Shown here: positions 38,601-50,685 of the stretch, piece by piece
Position numbering within the stretch: the first letter of the stretch is position 1
Layout of the letters: every line of letters starts with the position of its first letter
Assembly: GCF_006345805.1 (NCBI RefSeq)
Contig: NC_043005.1
Span: 30,938,001 to 31,002,000 of the forward strand
Source: Octopus sinensis
Taxonomy: Eukaryota
DNA length: 64,000 bases
Reading direction: 5' to 3'
The notes under the pieces: generated by a model
Seen by the model: only the letters and a program-made list of their open reading frames with translations
What the model was told of the DNA's origin: nothing
The model's database searches: none
Translations under genes and position numbers: made by a program

Positions 38601-41600
38601 ACTACATCTAAAGCTGCAGGGACCTCATTAAAGAAGGATTTGTATTTGGCTTGCTGTTTGGTGCATATACTTGCAACATCCACTGTGAGCCTTCCTTCAG
38701 TGTAAGCTTCCGGAGGCAAACTCTCCCACCTAGTGGGATCCATTCCTTAAAATCTGACAGCCAGAGACTTTGGGATTTGTAAGTATCCCTGCATTTGCCT
38801 GTGCAGACATAGTTGGCACCACACATGAGTAATGGAGTTTTCACCCTCTATCCAAATCTGCAAAACCAGAACCATGGAATTGTGTGCAGGAGACACAAGC
38901 CATATCTAGTTGATAGAATTTGGCCTCCTCCATTAGTTCTTGCTCTTTATTGTGAGGGTCGTAACGTACCCAATCCTTGATGGTTGTTCCATCTTGGATC
39001 TGTTTCAGAGTGCTGAAATATGCATCCTTTGTGCTCTCATCTCACACTACCAAGAACAAATTACAAGCTTAATGTTGGTTGTACTCGCATGGAATGGAGA
39101 TTGCAATATATATATTTTTTTTAACAGAACCCTTTACCTAAGATCCAAATGTGTCCCTTGTTTATCCACATGATAGACAATGTAATATAGTTGTTCTTTT
39201 AAGCCCCTTTTGTATTACAGTTTCCAGTAGTCTTACTCACACCAGGCACCAAGCTGGTTTTATATTTGACTTATAAAAGGATAGGTTAATGCCTTACAAA
39301 TTCTCCTGGTACCATGAACTTTGACTTGTCAACTTTTGTTTCAGTTCAGAAATAATGAAGTAAAGCATCACATTGTTCTAATATCACTGTAATGATTATT
39401 TGTCAGGAAAACAACCTTGTTTGTGCAAGTTCAGATATTTCTTATGGAAAGGGGTCACAATAACTTCTTTTCTTGAATAAGTGTGAAATCCAATTGCTCT
39501 TGCTGCTGCAAGAAAAGTAAGATGTTAAATATTTTATGAAAATATCTATACATGGGGGCAACTCAAAAAATGAAAGAAGGACAAATATCCTATATTAAAA
39601 GCAAAAGGTACACCATCTTTCAATATTTTCAGGAACCTATGTTTGGTGCCCAACAAGAAAGAATACCTATTATTTCAAATTCAGTTTTTTTTTTCTATAA
39701 GAATATTTCTTTCATGCAAGGTATATTTCACAGCATTATAAAGACCAAGAGCTTGTGATATTCTGCTTTTTCAAATCAAAGTATCTCATAACTAAAGCAA
39801 AAATTTGGGTAACTGAAATGTCTATACTTTCATCAATTATGTCAGAAAACTTTTGTATCTTACAGATATCTGTTGAAGATTATCAACTTTTGTAAAGGGA
39901 ATGTTATGTTCAACATAACAGCTGGAAACAAACAATTTACTTTTGGTTGTTTGTACATTTTCTTTGCACTTTTTTCTTCTTCATAAGTTGCTACTAGATT
40001 TAGCCATATCAAAGCATCACTTATGTTTGACTGGTGTTACAGTACTTACTTAAGTTTTATCGTGTTGAAACCAATGTTTCAATCAGGATATTGCCATCAT
40101 TCTTCCTTCAATGACTGCATCCACTATGTCTTCTTTTTGTTTCTTAGTGGGGGTTCACATTTTATCACTCAATATTATAATATACAAAATGTAGCAAGAT
40201 TAAGGCAGCTTGGAAAATGGAACCACTCATAGAAGTTAGGATACATGACAATCATCATTGATAACATCATTATTAATTATGATGCTATTGTTATCACTAT
40301 TACCAAAATGGTGGTGCATGCCACAAATGGTAAACACTTGATTAATTGCTATGAACTATTTAGCTATATCAGCCTACATTCTGAGTTCAATCATGTAGAT
40401 AATTCCCTGGTTGGTTTAATCATTGACTATATCCTCTTCCAAAATGTGTGGTCTTGCTCCAATGTTAGAAATCATTATTACTATAAAAAGAAATCATTTT
40501 TAATGGTAGCATGCTAAAATATTTTATTTTATCTTAGTATATCATGATATCAAATTCCTCCATGTTCACATGTTCAACTTAGCTCTTTATTCATCTAGGG
40601 ATGATAGAGTAAGTACTAGTCAAGTTTTTCTAGGCAATTGAATTCACTCATCTTCAAATTTGTTCTGTTGAGAAAAAGATTATTGTAATTTTATATTTGG
40701 AATGCTCTCGTGAAAATAAATATGATTTTTATTTGTTGTTAGTTTCCACCAATTGGAACAGATAGCTTAAAGAGCAGTGGTATAGGAAAAGCAGTAATGT
40801 ATTTATATAAACATCCTAAAGAAACCCGAGGAAATAAAATCTGTGCTGGAAAACTAATAAGTATGTAAACTCTTATTTATTACTTATATATATATATGTA
40901 CAATAAAGTTTGTGAAATGGCATGTAAAGCTTTATTATTAACCACAGTTCTGTGACTAGAGAAAATACATGCTACAAGTGTCAAATTTGTTGTAAGATAT
41001 TGATATTCTAAATGTATGAGTACAAATCCTGGTAGAGACTAATTAGCCTGTGTCCTGTTCAGGTTACAGTATTTATGTGTAACACTCACTTTTTTAGCAG
41101 AAGTTTAAACCTATATATGAATTAAATGTTAGTCTTCTTTCTCAGTCAAATGCATTTTCATATACAGGATGGCATAACCATGAGTAAGTTATTTCTATTT
41201 TCTGAGTTAACTGTTGGGTAATGAAGAATTGAAATCACTAAGTAATTTTATGATAACTAGTGGGACCCATGAATATTTCATGGAATTAATGGCAAACTTA
41301 TGGGGTTATTTCAGAAAACTTGATCCAAAAAAAACCTGAAAGCATAGCCTATGTTGTGTCTGTATCAAAAAATAGTCATTCATCTGCTAATCATTGAAAA
41401 GTGAAGGAAATTGAAATACGATGATGTTGTATAGTGAAACTGTATACCCCTCCTGGTAAAAAGTGTTGGAGACAGCTATTATAGACGAGTAGATAGTTGT
41501 CAAGAGAGGGCCAAGGGTTGACAATTTTAGTTGGTGTCTTGTGGAACTAGCGGTAGTAAGACAGAAATTAGTGTATTACTATTCCAGTACAGAGAGGTAC

Positions 41601-44600
41601 AACAGTATCCAATAACTAATAGCTATTGTGGCTACTAGCGTAAAACATATAAATGCATATTATTTAAAACTGTTTTGAGAGTAATCATTGAAAGGTTTGT
41701 AGGAGTCATATTTAGGCATATCTTATATGATAGTACTCCAGAAGGTTATCTTTGTTGTAACCCATATGAATAGGATTTAATCTCACCATTACAGCTAATA
41801 CATAGTCAGTTAATGATGTTCCACTGGTCAAAGTAACATGATTGTTTAGAGGATTAACTGTCATTTTTTTTTCTCATCTCTAAGTATATGATATGATTTG
41901 CAAGCCAATGAACCTCTAGTAAGTTGCTTTCCCACAACTTTGTGCCTGTGGTACTAAGTTACTCTGAAGTAAACTGCTCTCAAAAAAAGTTAAGAGGACT
42001 TAGGTGGTATGTCAGTAGTGGTAAGATTTGATTTAGCTGGCATCTTTCTAACATATCTATCCATTTGCCTGATCTGAAAAATATAATTTGTAAAATGTTT
42101 GCATTTTTTGTTGTATTTAATGACTTTGGAAGTTAAAAACTGAATATGTCTATTTCAGATGAATGGTCTCGACCAATTTTCAACTTAACATCAGACTATA
42201 GCATGTTGTCAAAAGAAGATCGAGAAGAAAGAGATTACCAACAGTTGCCTAAAAAACGGAGAGTTAGGTGTGCTTTCTATTTTAGCATTTCTCTCTTTAT
42301 TTTTCCTTCAAGTTAGTTATTGGCTTCCCACCTAGAAAGTATAGTTTATATATTAGTTGCAGACTTTTCATTACTAGTTTAAATAAAATTACTACTAATT
42401 CTACATGATAATGCTTTGATTTTGATTTTGATTTTTCTAGTTTCAGCTAATGAGCTGTTGCCATGCTGGGGCACCGCCATTTATCTCTTTATTTTATGCA
42501 CATATCATAAAATTTCCAAAATTAAGTACTGTTTATACTGATTCAGTTTTTTATGCCTTCATATATAAATGGCCTTTCATTGGCATACATGTTTTACCAC
42601 CAGATGTCTTTTCTGCCACTAAACACTCAGACTTCACAACCACAGTGTTTTGAGTTCTCTCCCTTTGCACAGCAGTGTTTAGTGCATTGATCAAGGGCCA
42701 CAATACAATAGCAGTAATAAGATGTGATCTTCAGTTTTATGGTCTATAGTCTACACCTTAACCTCACAACCATTGTACCTACTTTAATGTAAAATAATTG
42801 TCCTTTCTTTCATTCTGTCACTCATTTCTCTTGATGTTATCGTTTTCTCTTGTTTTAATATTACTTGACCCCAACAAATCTTTTCATTACAGTGATCAAG
42901 GTGGAGAGACACCCCGGAGAGACATAGATAAAGCATTAAATAGTGAAGAAAAGTAAGCTGATTTTCATTAAAATTTTTAATTTATAGTTTTAGTCTCAGA
43001 TTAGAGATTTGTTTTTATTTCCTATAGTTTCATACAATATCTTTTTTCTGATAAAGGTTTTCAGTAAGATAACAGAAAATATTGTCAAGAACAGGAGATT
43101 ACTGGAGAAAAGATGTCTAATTGATTTGGCTTTGAAGGAGCTAAATTTGTAGTTGATTGTTTACAACTACTTCAATCTTTTTTTTAAGATATCAATAGTG
43201 ACGGCTAAAGGCTGGTAATTGGCAGTCAAGAGAATATCCTGTCTTGGAGGGTGGGTACGCATGTCCTGATGTTACTGATCATTCATTGGACTGCAAATTT
43301 TGACAATTTTTATGGTGAAACAGCAAGAGGATTTTTTTTGTGCTATATGCAGAATGGAATTGGAAACAAAGGAAGCAGCAAATGTAGTAGCATTACTTGC
43401 AGGTGTATTGTTTATAGAGTTGTTTCACTTACTCTGATATGTTACGAGTATTTTGTTTTATTGATATTAGAACCTGAATTCAAAATAAAGTGGGATGAAA
43501 TTACCATAATGTTTACTTGCTTCACTGTATATAGTAAATTCTAATAATAGTAAGCATGAGAACTACAAGGGAAGAACTGGAAATTATGACATTCATACTG
43601 CCTAATTTAGAGAGAAGGGAAGTATCATTAATAGTGCATGTAGGTTTTAATGTGCTGAAAGATGTACACAGAAAATTCTTTATAAATAGAAAGTATCTTA
43701 GTGAAGGAAAGAATACCAAAATCTAACGAATTGTCAGTGACCTACAAAGAAAAGAGGAGATTCAAGAAATTAAGAATTAGTTTAAAATTAAAATTTTGTA
43801 ACTTTTTCTTTATGTAAAGTTGTCTTGTGGTGACTATATGGCACTGACAGGATTCGTGATGACTGAACTGTGTCCACTGCTTTCGCCATACCTGCTAACA
43901 AAGATCAGACTCTCCTTTGAACATGAAGTTTTTTATAATTTGTAATTACCTGAAATTGTAATTTTTTTTTTTAGATGCTAATGATTCCTACTATTTTCTA
44001 TTTTCTTTCTCTAACTAAGTTTCAAATTATTAAGAATTTTTTGAACATTAACATCTGTTTGAACTAAAGAAAATCTTGAGCTTAATTTTGTTTTACAAAA
44101 TATTTTAGCCTGTCTTTCCAACAATAACAAATATTTATATATTATGATGTATAAGTACACAAAATATTGGGCTAGCAATCCATGGATAATGAGTTCAAAT
44201 TCACTGCAAGTTATCTGTTGTCACTCTGAATATAACATTTAATCCTATATGAATCAGTTACTTATTTGAGTTAGAGCTTTATTTCTCTTCTACAGATATT
44301 ATGAGGTTCTTGCCAAGTTAAGAGATTTAAACATGTATTTTGTGTTAAAACCAGGCATTTTACTTAAATTAATGAAAGAAAGGATTTTACAGCTTGGTTC
44401 ATTCTTCTTTTTGATATTAACCAATCAGTCATAGAGTATTGAGTTTCAAGTTTCTCTTATATTACATCCTGTTGTTTCCTTTGCAGAGCACTTCGTCCTG
44501 GTGAGAAGGGCTGGGTCTATAGAGCTCGTGTACCTATGCCTTCCAACAAAGACTATGTGGTACGACCAAAATGGAATGTTGATGAAAACCCGAGGGTAAG

Positions 44601-45215
44601 ACAATCATTTACTTCATTTTTCTCTTTTATACTGTCTCTGCATCTTTATCCTTCTCTTTCATTCTCTATATTTAATTTATCTTTTCCTTTTGCTGTGTTT
44701 CTTTATGTTCAACTTCTTCCTCTTTCCTTCGTCATTTTTACTTTCTTCCTCTCCTTTATTTGTCCCCTCTCTTTCTGAGATTTTTATCCCTCTTCAATTA
44801 TTGCTTAGCAAGCTGTTTTCAAACATTTTACAAAATAGTTTGTCTGGTGTTTGAGAGCTCTGAAAATCAGTCAAATGATACCAAAGAGATGCTCTATTAC
44901 TTACTTCATGTTCTGTCACAATCGAAAGACAAACAGTAAAACAGTGAAGATATAAAAGTCTGTATTATTTAAATTAACAACCAGAACATGTGTATTCTCA
45001 GAAAAACTTGTTTTTAAAGATTTTTTGATAAGATTGGGAGCAATATTTATAAATTGAATTCATTTTTTTTCTCTTCTCAATCCTTACAGAAGTCATCAAA
45101 GAAAGCTCTCACAAGATATGAAGTTCAAATGCGTCAGTTCCAAGAAAAGAAACGGCGAAATAAAACTCAACGTGCTGTCACAATCAGTATCGAAGGACGT
45201 AACATGTCTTTATGA
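3803..45215 (+). CDS. IWS1: IWS1/SPN1 transcription elongation factor, 16 coding exons, 2565 nt, about 854 aa
   Basis: Exons join in frame through GT-AG introns. N-terminus [19 protein letters not shown] resembles human [22 protein letters not shown]. Contains [24 protein letters not shown], the TFIIS-N-like core ([11 protein letters not shown]...[19 protein letters not shown]...WSRPIF), [18 protein letters not shown] and the C-terminal [12 protein letters not shown]. Confidence 0.95.
3990..5306. repeat. 666-bp direct tandem duplication bounded by (TA)n
   Basis: Identical blocks start at 4001 and 4667. The ORF-track pair 4393/5059 is offset by 666. Confidence 0.92.
5330..5531. mobile_element. 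MITE with GGTACTA termini and about 78-bp imperfect inverted arms
   Basis: Perfect 23-bp TIR ggtactatttaagaagagtggtc / gaccactcttcttaaatagtacc. Confidence 0.85.
5681..6035 (-). mobile_element. Non-autonomous Helitron (355 bp)
   Basis: Minus strand reads A|TCTTTATATATAAAAG ... ccgagcaacgccggg hairpin ... CTAG|T, the canonical TC/CTAG ends at an AT site. Confidence 0.85.
6055..6700. mobile_element. Foldback/MITE with about 200-bp inverted arms and a central CCCTAA-like tract
   Basis: 6113-6345 is the reverse complement of about 6500-6700 (ttcttgagaaaattctgtagtttgtaagatatt, caaccaatcaatgacgtc). Confidence 0.8.
7050..7340 (+). mobile_element. SINE of a second family
   Basis: B-box-like gagtttgaatcc followed by ttgagcaagacacttt core-like segment. 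Short tail duplicate at about 6885-6940. Confidence 0.6.
8187..8650 (+). mobile_element. Penelope-like element fragment: Cys linker plus GIY-YIG endonuclease
   Basis: [20 protein letters not shown]...[21 protein letters not shown]...LSKYIW...WEII...CLLC...LLN...KCKH. Confidence 0.85.
8651..9618 (+). mobile_element. RTE 3' UTR copy with a 337-347 bp internal tandem duplication and about 59-bp subrepeats
   Basis: ccggcaagactagtcaggcc at 8651 and 8998, repeated ggtggcacataaaaacaccatccg units, (GAT)n tail. Confidence 0.8.
9724..10107 (+). mobile_element. Full-length tRNA-derived SINE (octopus OR/OK-like). Fragments at about 870-965 and 60180-60470
   Basis: A/B-box-like head (tggctgtgtggtaag...ggttcagtccc), CORE-like ttgggcaagt, internal (TG/TA)n, tail gactgaaacaagtaaaagag. 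Confidence 0.85.
11172..12245 (-). mobile_element. 5'-truncated RTE-clade LINE
   Basis: [18 protein letters not shown]...[11 protein letters not shown]...[10 protein letters not shown] and [17 protein letters not shown], then repeat-bearing 3' UTR and tail. Confidence 0.9.
12290..12540 (-). mobile_element. Helitron/HINE-like 5' portion
   Basis: Minus strand starts atttatatatataaagctgagaatgtgtctgtccgtatg...ccaatttcattcaaatttt. Confidence 0.5.
12800..14090 (+). pseudogene. Fossil DDE transposase, hAT-like (CxxH), with stops and frameshifts
   Basis: Stitched frames give HLFCNVHP (CxxH), [16 protein letters not shown] and [13 protein letters not shown] (terminal catalytic-E region). Family assignment is from recall. 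Confidence 0.6.
14280..15500 (+). mobile_element. Highly degraded RTE reverse transcriptase
   Basis: EMQFGFV..GKGST.AIF and [13 protein letters not shown] remnants of the RT motifs. Confidence 0.7.
17892..17953 (+). CDS. IWS1: IWS1 exon 2 ([21 protein letters not shown])
   Basis: cttaccag acceptor, gtaagt donor, TPVQDE motif. Confidence 0.9.
18900..19460. repeat. Higher-order tandem repeat (A-B)x2, period about 290 bp
   Basis: aaagggg.ttg.gg.atatta.gag.tca unit at about 18930, 19050, 19215 and 19340, alternating with two different 3' extensions. Confidence 0.65.
20641..20801. mobile_element. 161-bp MITE with a 39-bp perfect inverted repeat
   Basis: tataattagggttcagcaaagatttgcttcaccacatac and its exact reverse complement. 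Confidence 0.88.
21920..22140 (-). mobile_element. AT-drifted RTE RT remnant
   Basis: [28 protein letters not shown]...[10 protein letters not shown] aligns to the [29 protein letters not shown] motif. Confidence 0.6.
22896..24055 (+). CDS. IWS1: IWS1 exon 3, acidic then Ser/Arg/Pro-rich repeat region
   Basis: ttgcag acceptor, 1160 nt open frame, AG|gtatgt donor. Confidence 0.9.
24812..24954 (+). CDS. IWS1: IWS1 exon 4
   Basis: tatag acceptor, [11 protein letters not shown]...[10 protein letters not shown]|gtaaat donor, phases consistent. Confidence 0.88.
25230..25503 (-). mobile_element. Penelope-like RT C-terminal/thumb fragment
   Basis: [21 protein letters not shown]...[22 protein letters not shown]. 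Confidence 0.85.
26140..26930 (+). mobile_element. RTE 3' end with an about 200-bp internal tandem duplication
   Basis: [29 protein letters not shown]. atgccaaccccctttgcttgcgaagac occurs at 26329 and 26528. Confidence 0.8.
28579..28618 (+). CDS. IWS1: IWS1 exon 5
   Basis: ttctag acceptor, [12 protein letters not shown], gtaagt donor. Confidence 0.85.
28824..28884 (+). CDS. IWS1: IWS1 exon 6
   Basis: ttgcag acceptor, [20 protein letters not shown], gtatta donor. Confidence 0.92.
31226..31419 (+). CDS. IWS1: IWS1 exon 7
   Basis: [14 protein letters not shown]...VRDSQR, gtaagt donor. Confidence 0.9.
33247..33750. mobile_element. About 504-bp foldback element (about 250-bp arms, very short spacer) in IWS1 intron 7
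   Basis: tttcagattggtatttctagttgcatgtaatgccagaaagtag... mirrored by ...ctactttctggcattacatgcaactggaaatactaatctgaaa. Confidence 0.88.
34351..34498 (+). CDS. IWS1: IWS1 exon 8
   Basis: [14 protein letters not shown]...[22 protein letters not shown]. Confidence 0.95.
35653..35735 (+). CDS. IWS1: IWS1 exon 9
   Basis: [27 protein letters not shown]. Confidence 0.93.
37010..37061 (+). CDS. IWS1: IWS1 exon 10
   Basis: [17 protein letters not shown], gtaagt donor. Confidence 0.92.
37433..37510 (+). CDS. IWS1: IWS1 exon 11
   Basis: [26 protein letters not shown]. Confidence 0.95.
38530..38770 (-). mobile_element. Degraded LINE AP-endonuclease fragment
   Basis: LQVYAPNS and [10 protein letters not shown] motifs in adjacent frames. 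Confidence 0.65.
40743..40860 (+). CDS. IWS1: IWS1 exon 12
   Basis: [39 protein letters not shown]. Confidence 0.95.
42159..42267 (+). CDS. IWS1: IWS1 exon 13
   Basis: [35 protein letters not shown]. Confidence 0.95.
42893..42952 (+). CDS. IWS1: IWS1 exon 14
   Basis: [19 protein letters not shown], phases consistent, gtaagc donor. Confidence 0.88.
44487..44595 (+). CDS. IWS1: IWS1 exon 15
   Basis: [36 protein letters not shown]. Confidence 0.95.
45090..45215 (+). CDS. IWS1: IWS1 terminal coding exon 16
   Basis: [44 protein letters not shown] at 45213-45215. Confidence 0.93.
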   Translation, partial: KSSKKALTRYEVQMRQFQEKKRRNKTQRAVTISIEGRNMSL

Positions 45216-45319
45216 TCCATATTCTATTCTATTCTTTTCACATACACAACAACAACAATTGAACTGAATTGAAATCAGCTTATCTCCAGTAAAACAAGAG
45301 ATTATTATTATTATTATTG

Positions 45320-47045
45320 AGGCAGTGAGCTGGCAGAATTGTTAGCTCGTTGGATAAAATGCTTAGGGGAATTTCATCCGTCTTAATGTTCTGAGTTCAA
45401 ATTCTGTTGAAGTCAACTTTGCCTTTCATCCTTTTGAGGTCAATAAAATAAGTAACAATCAAATACTGGTTTTGATATAATCAACTTTCCCCTCCTCTCA
45501 AAAACTGCTGGCTTTGTGCCAAAATTTGAAACAATTATTATTATTTTGTCTTTTTTTTTACTTTCAGCATTGCAGTGAGGTAGCAAGATCTTTGTCTTTC
45601 CACCACATTGCAGGTTGGCACTCAGTTTCAGTTACTAATAGGAACTGACCCACTTCACTTTACTCTGAACATTACTGGGTACTCTTTGCAATTCCCTTAA
45701 CTCTGTGAATCAAGCTTGGGAATTGTTTTTCTTTTATTCTAATTTTAAACCATTTCACATCTCAGTAATATCTTTGGAAAGGTCATTAATAATACATTTG
45801 CTAACCCTAAAAAAAAATATTCATACCTATATAAAAATCCTTACCACCCAAGTGCTTGGCTTGTATCAGACCAAGTTTTTACATGCTGCAGGTGTTGTAT
45901 TTTGTCCTTAGGCAATATCTTAACTTTATTTGCCTAACAAACTATAATTATCATAAAAGATATTTTGTTACTTATTGTATTATAAATTAAGCAGTGGAGT
46001 GGCAGATACAGTAGAGTATTGCATTGTCACCTCTTTACATTCTGAGTTCAAAAACCTGCCAGGGCTGATAATAAGTACCACTAGTAAATTGGGTTTGATG
46101 TAATTGATTGTGTCTCTTCCTCAAATTTGTAGGTGCCGATGTTGTTGTCATCATCATCATCATCATTATTAAGGCAATGCACTGATAGAACCATTAGCTT
46201 GCTGGACAAAATGTTTAGCAGCATCTTCATGTTCTAAATTCAAATTCTGCCAAGGTTGATTTCGGCTTTCATTCTCTTAGGGTCGATAGAATAAGTAGCA
46301 GTTGAGTGGGGTCTATGTACCCGACTTACCACTACCTTACCAGAAAAATTGCTGGCCTTGTGCCAAGATTTGAAAGCATTATTATTATTATTATTGAATA
46401 TTGAATCCTGTGCAACATCTTCAATGATGATAATAATAATAATGCTTTCAAATTTTGGCACAAGGCTAGCAATTTTGGGTGAGGGGTTAGTCGATTACAT
46501 TAACCCCAGTACTCAACTGCTACTTATTCTATTGACCCTGAAAGGATGAAAGCCAAAATCAACCTTGGCGGAATTTGAACTTAGAATGTGAAAAGGTGGC
46601 AAGCTGGCAGAATCATTAGCGTGATGGGTAAAATGCTTAGTGGCATGTTGTCTGTCTTAATAGTCAGAGTTCAAATTCCACCAAGGCCAACTTTGTCTTT
46701 CATCCTTTCAGGGTTGATAAAATAAGTACCAGTTGAGCACTGGGGTTGATGTAATCAATTTAACCCATTCCTGAACTTGCTGGTCTTGTACCAACAGTTG
46801 AAACCACAATTGTTGTTGTTGTTATTATTATTATTAATACTATTATTATTATTATTATTATTATTATAATCATCATCATCATTATCATCATCATCAAGGT
46901 AGTGAGCTGGCAGATTTTGTCTGTCTTTATGTTCTGAGTTCAAATTACACCAAGGTTGACTTTGCCTTTCATCCCTTCAGGGTCAATGTAATCAATGAGT
47001 CCCCTCTCCCCAAATTTCAGGCCTTATGCCTATAATAGAAAGAAT
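45320..47045. mobile_element. Cluster of at least six SINE copies separated by (ATT/CAT)n downstream of the IWS1 stop, one inverted at about 46450-46580
   Basis: Repeated gg(c/t)agtgagctggcaga..., gagttcaaatt, ctttgcctttcatcc, ggcttgtgccaaaatttgaa. Confidence 0.8.
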
Positions 47046-48018
47046 CATCATCATCACCATCTTCATCATCATCCCTGTATGTCTTTGGAACAGAACTTTT
47101 CTTATATTTTTCTTTTCTTTACGTATTTTATCAATTTCTGATTCAATAAACAAAGAAAAGTGTCTTTATATAAGATTCTCTTTTTTTTTTTAATTTCAAT
47201 TTCTGGTACTCTGACTGTCTTGCTTAATAGTTCTTGGAGGATCAAAGAATTTGCTTCAAACTGTATATAAAATATGTTGTGATCATCAGCAGTAAGCAGT
47301 ACAAAATTAGTTTTTAACTCTTTTGATAGTAACTTATCTGAGACTTCTAATTCTGTGATACAAATTCCTTGATTTTAAAGTGATTAAAATTAAACCTCCC
47401 ATCAAAATTTTATGTTTATTTATATTCCAAACGCTAGATTAATAACAACAAATTATCGACTATATTAAAGTGTTATGGTGAAAGTATGTGGATGATAGAA
47501 TGAGGGAGAACATTAAATGAATGCTGCTGACTTGTATACACATACATGCTCAATTTGTTGTGTGTATGTGTGTGCACATGTACCAATAGTGTTTGACTTT
47601 CTCTCTCTCACTATTTACCTGATGATTTAACATGTATAGAAAATCATTAATAAGATGTTCTGTGCTCCTTCATAAATTATGTTTAACAGTATGCTATAAA
47701 TATGGATTTTTACAACAATATTATTGATTGTACTCTTGAATTTCTTCATTAAATATGTCTAACAGTATATCCTGGGAATGGAGCTTCCCAAGTATCTATA
47801 TATTAATAATCATGCTCTTTCTTTGTAAAAGATATGTATCAGTATATCCTTGGTACAGATATTATCTACCTCTCTCTACTCAATTCTTGCTGTGATCATT
47901 GTCTACTGTTATACACCAAACTACATTTCAGTAATACAGTAATTTAAAAATTACAGAGATGTACTTGCATAGCAAGTGACCTGATCTGAGATCATGTGCT
48001 GAAACCCAAACAACTGTA

Positions 48019-48280
48019 GCAGGGAAGGTGTTTACAAGCCATTTAAAAACACACAAAATCCATTAGATTCACTTCAACATTTAAATTTAATTTGTCAAAA
48101 TATTTTCTTTGCTTTGAAACTGCGACCTGTTCACTGACAAAATTCCTTGCAAAAATTTTGTCAGTGAACAGATTGCAGTTTCATAGCGACGAACATATTT
48201 TGACAAATTAAATTTAAATGTTGAAATGAATCTAATGGTTTGTGTGTTTTTAAAAGGCTTGTAAACACCTTCCATGCTGC
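48019..48280. repeat. Foldback with about 127-bp inverted arms and about 8-nt spacer
   Basis: ggaaggtgtttacaagcc...ttcactgacaaaatt / aattttgtcagtgaac...ggcttgtaaacaccttcc. Confidence 0.85.
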
Positions 48281-49084
48281 AATAATTTAAGAAGTACTTG
48301 GTATTATATATTTGGTAATAATATTGGACAAAGAGTAGACATAAGAATTAGGAATAAAGAGAGGTGAATCGGGGATGATGTGAAGCATTAATTCGAGAGG
48401 AAATGAAATAAATTAATTTTAGAAATAGAGCCAGGTGTTGTATGAGGAATGATGTAACTGAAGCTAATATGAAAAATGTGAGAGTTGTTAACCAAGAAAC
48501 AAGGTAAATATGAAAGTTGTCAGGTAAGAATATTTTGCATAAGCCAGAATGAAAAAAACAGGCTAGAAGAGAGAACATGACCAATAAGAACAAACTAGAT
48601 TTGCTGGAAATTGATCAAAGGACCATGAAGGAAATGACAGGGTATTATAACTTACTGAGTCGGAAATGTTTATGGCCAGCATTGTACCACAAAATGGGCC
48701 ATAGGAATTTCATGGGTACTGCTAGTTTAAAACATTTTTGCATCTGTTTGTGTGTTTGCAAAATTACTGGAAAATGGCTCAACAGATTTTCACCAAATTT
48801 GGCAAAAATACTCATTGGGTGTGTGGCTTGAAATGATGAAAATTTGGATTGATTATCTTCAAACATAGATATGCATATGTGTGTGTGTACAGTGATGGAT
48901 TTGAGGGTTTCATTTATTTAGGAGTTGATTTCTTAATTTCACTGGTATATAAATACTATAAATCAGTTCAATAAAAAAGCATGGGTAAGCAATGCATTGT
49001 AAGCCACACTATAATTTGTGAAAAAATTTATCTGCACGCAGGGCATGTATCGCCCCCTCCAATGCCTTTTTTTTTCCTTTCAGA

Positions 49085-50685
49085 GTCTTAAGAGAATCAT
49101 CATCGTCGTTTAACGTCTTCTTTCCATACTGGCCTGGGTTGGATGATTTGACTGACGGCTGGTGAACCAGATGACTGCAATCTGATCTGGCAGAGTTTCT
49201 AAAGCTGGATGCCCTTCCTAATGCCAACCACTCTGAGAGTGTAGTGGGAGTTTTTACGTGCCACCGGCACGAGGGCCAGTCTGGCAGTACTGGCAACGGC
49301 CACACACAAATGGTGTTTTTTTATGTACCACTTGCACAGGAGCCAGTCCAGTGACACTGGCAATGACCTCGCTCGAATGTTTTTTCACATGCCACTGGCA
49401 CAAGTCCCAGTAAGGTGATGTTGGTAACAATCATGCTTGAATGGTGCTTTTTACATGCCACCGTCACGGAAGCCAGTCAGCTGCTCTGGCAACGATCATG
49501 CTCAGCTGGTGCTCTTAGCGCTCCACTAGCACGGATGCCAGTCATTGAATTTGATTTCACTTGCCTCAACAAGTCTTTGCAATCAGAGTTCAGTGTCCAA
49601 CAAAGGAAAAGTATGCATAAATGGGCTGGTTACACCCCTGGCATAGGCCACGGGTTATGATCTCACTTGGCTTGTTGGGTCTTCTCACGCACAGCATATT
49701 TCCAAAGATCTCAGTCACTAGTCATTGCCTCGTTGAGGCCTAATGTTCGAAGGTCGTGCTTCGCCACCCCATCCCAGGTCTACCTCTTCCACAGGTTTCC
49801 TCAACCGTTAGGTCATGCCACTTTTACACACAGCTATCCTCATCAATTCTCACCACATGACCATACCAGAGAAGTCGTCTCTCTTGCACACCACATCTGA
49901 TTCTTCTTAGGTCCAACTTTTCTTTCAAGGTACTTGCACTCTGTCGAGTATGCACACTGACATTACACATTCAGCAGAGCATATTGTCTTCATTCCTTGC
50001 GAGCTTATGCATGTCCTCAGCAGTCATGGCCCATGTTTCACTGCTATGTAGCATGGCTGTTTGTACACAAGTGTCATACAGTCTAGCTTTTACTCTGAGC
50101 AAGAGGCCCTTTGTCACCAGCAGAGGTAAGAGCTCTCTGAACTTTGCCCAGGCTATTCTTATTCTAGCAGCTACACTTTCAGTGCACCCTTCCTCGCTAC
50201 TGACTTAGTCACCTAGGTAACGGAAGCTATCAACTACTTCTAGTTTTTCTCCCTGGAATGTGGCGGAAGTTGTTTTCTGCACATTTTCAGTGTTTATTGC
50301 TCCTGAGCATCTGCCATATACAAATACTATCTTCCCAATTAGCCTTCCTTTGATATTGCTGCACCTCTTATGTGTCCATAGCTTACACTAGGTACATCTT
50401 ATAGAGTTTCTACCTACGCCTTTTCTACAGATCATGCTGGACCATCTACCTGAAGGGATTTGTGGTTTGTCTGCCTTCCTACTTTTAAGAACTTTGGTTT
50501 TAGTTAGGTTGACTCTAAGGTCCTTCAATACTAATCTCCGCTACTTCTGATAGTGACTCAGCATAGAGGAGCTCCTGGGGCATCCTGTCTTGAATTCCTG
50601 TTATTGCCTGGAGGACTATGATAAATAGGAGGGGGCTGAGGACTGAATCTTGGTGGAACCCTGCCCCTACCTCTACTTGGAATGA
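49085..50685 (-). mobile_element. 5'-truncated, degraded RTE LINE
   Basis: VEVG..QGS.LSPLLFIIVLQAI-like and LEVVDSFRYLGD segments, repeat-bearing UTR and (GAT)n tail. Confidence 0.85.
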
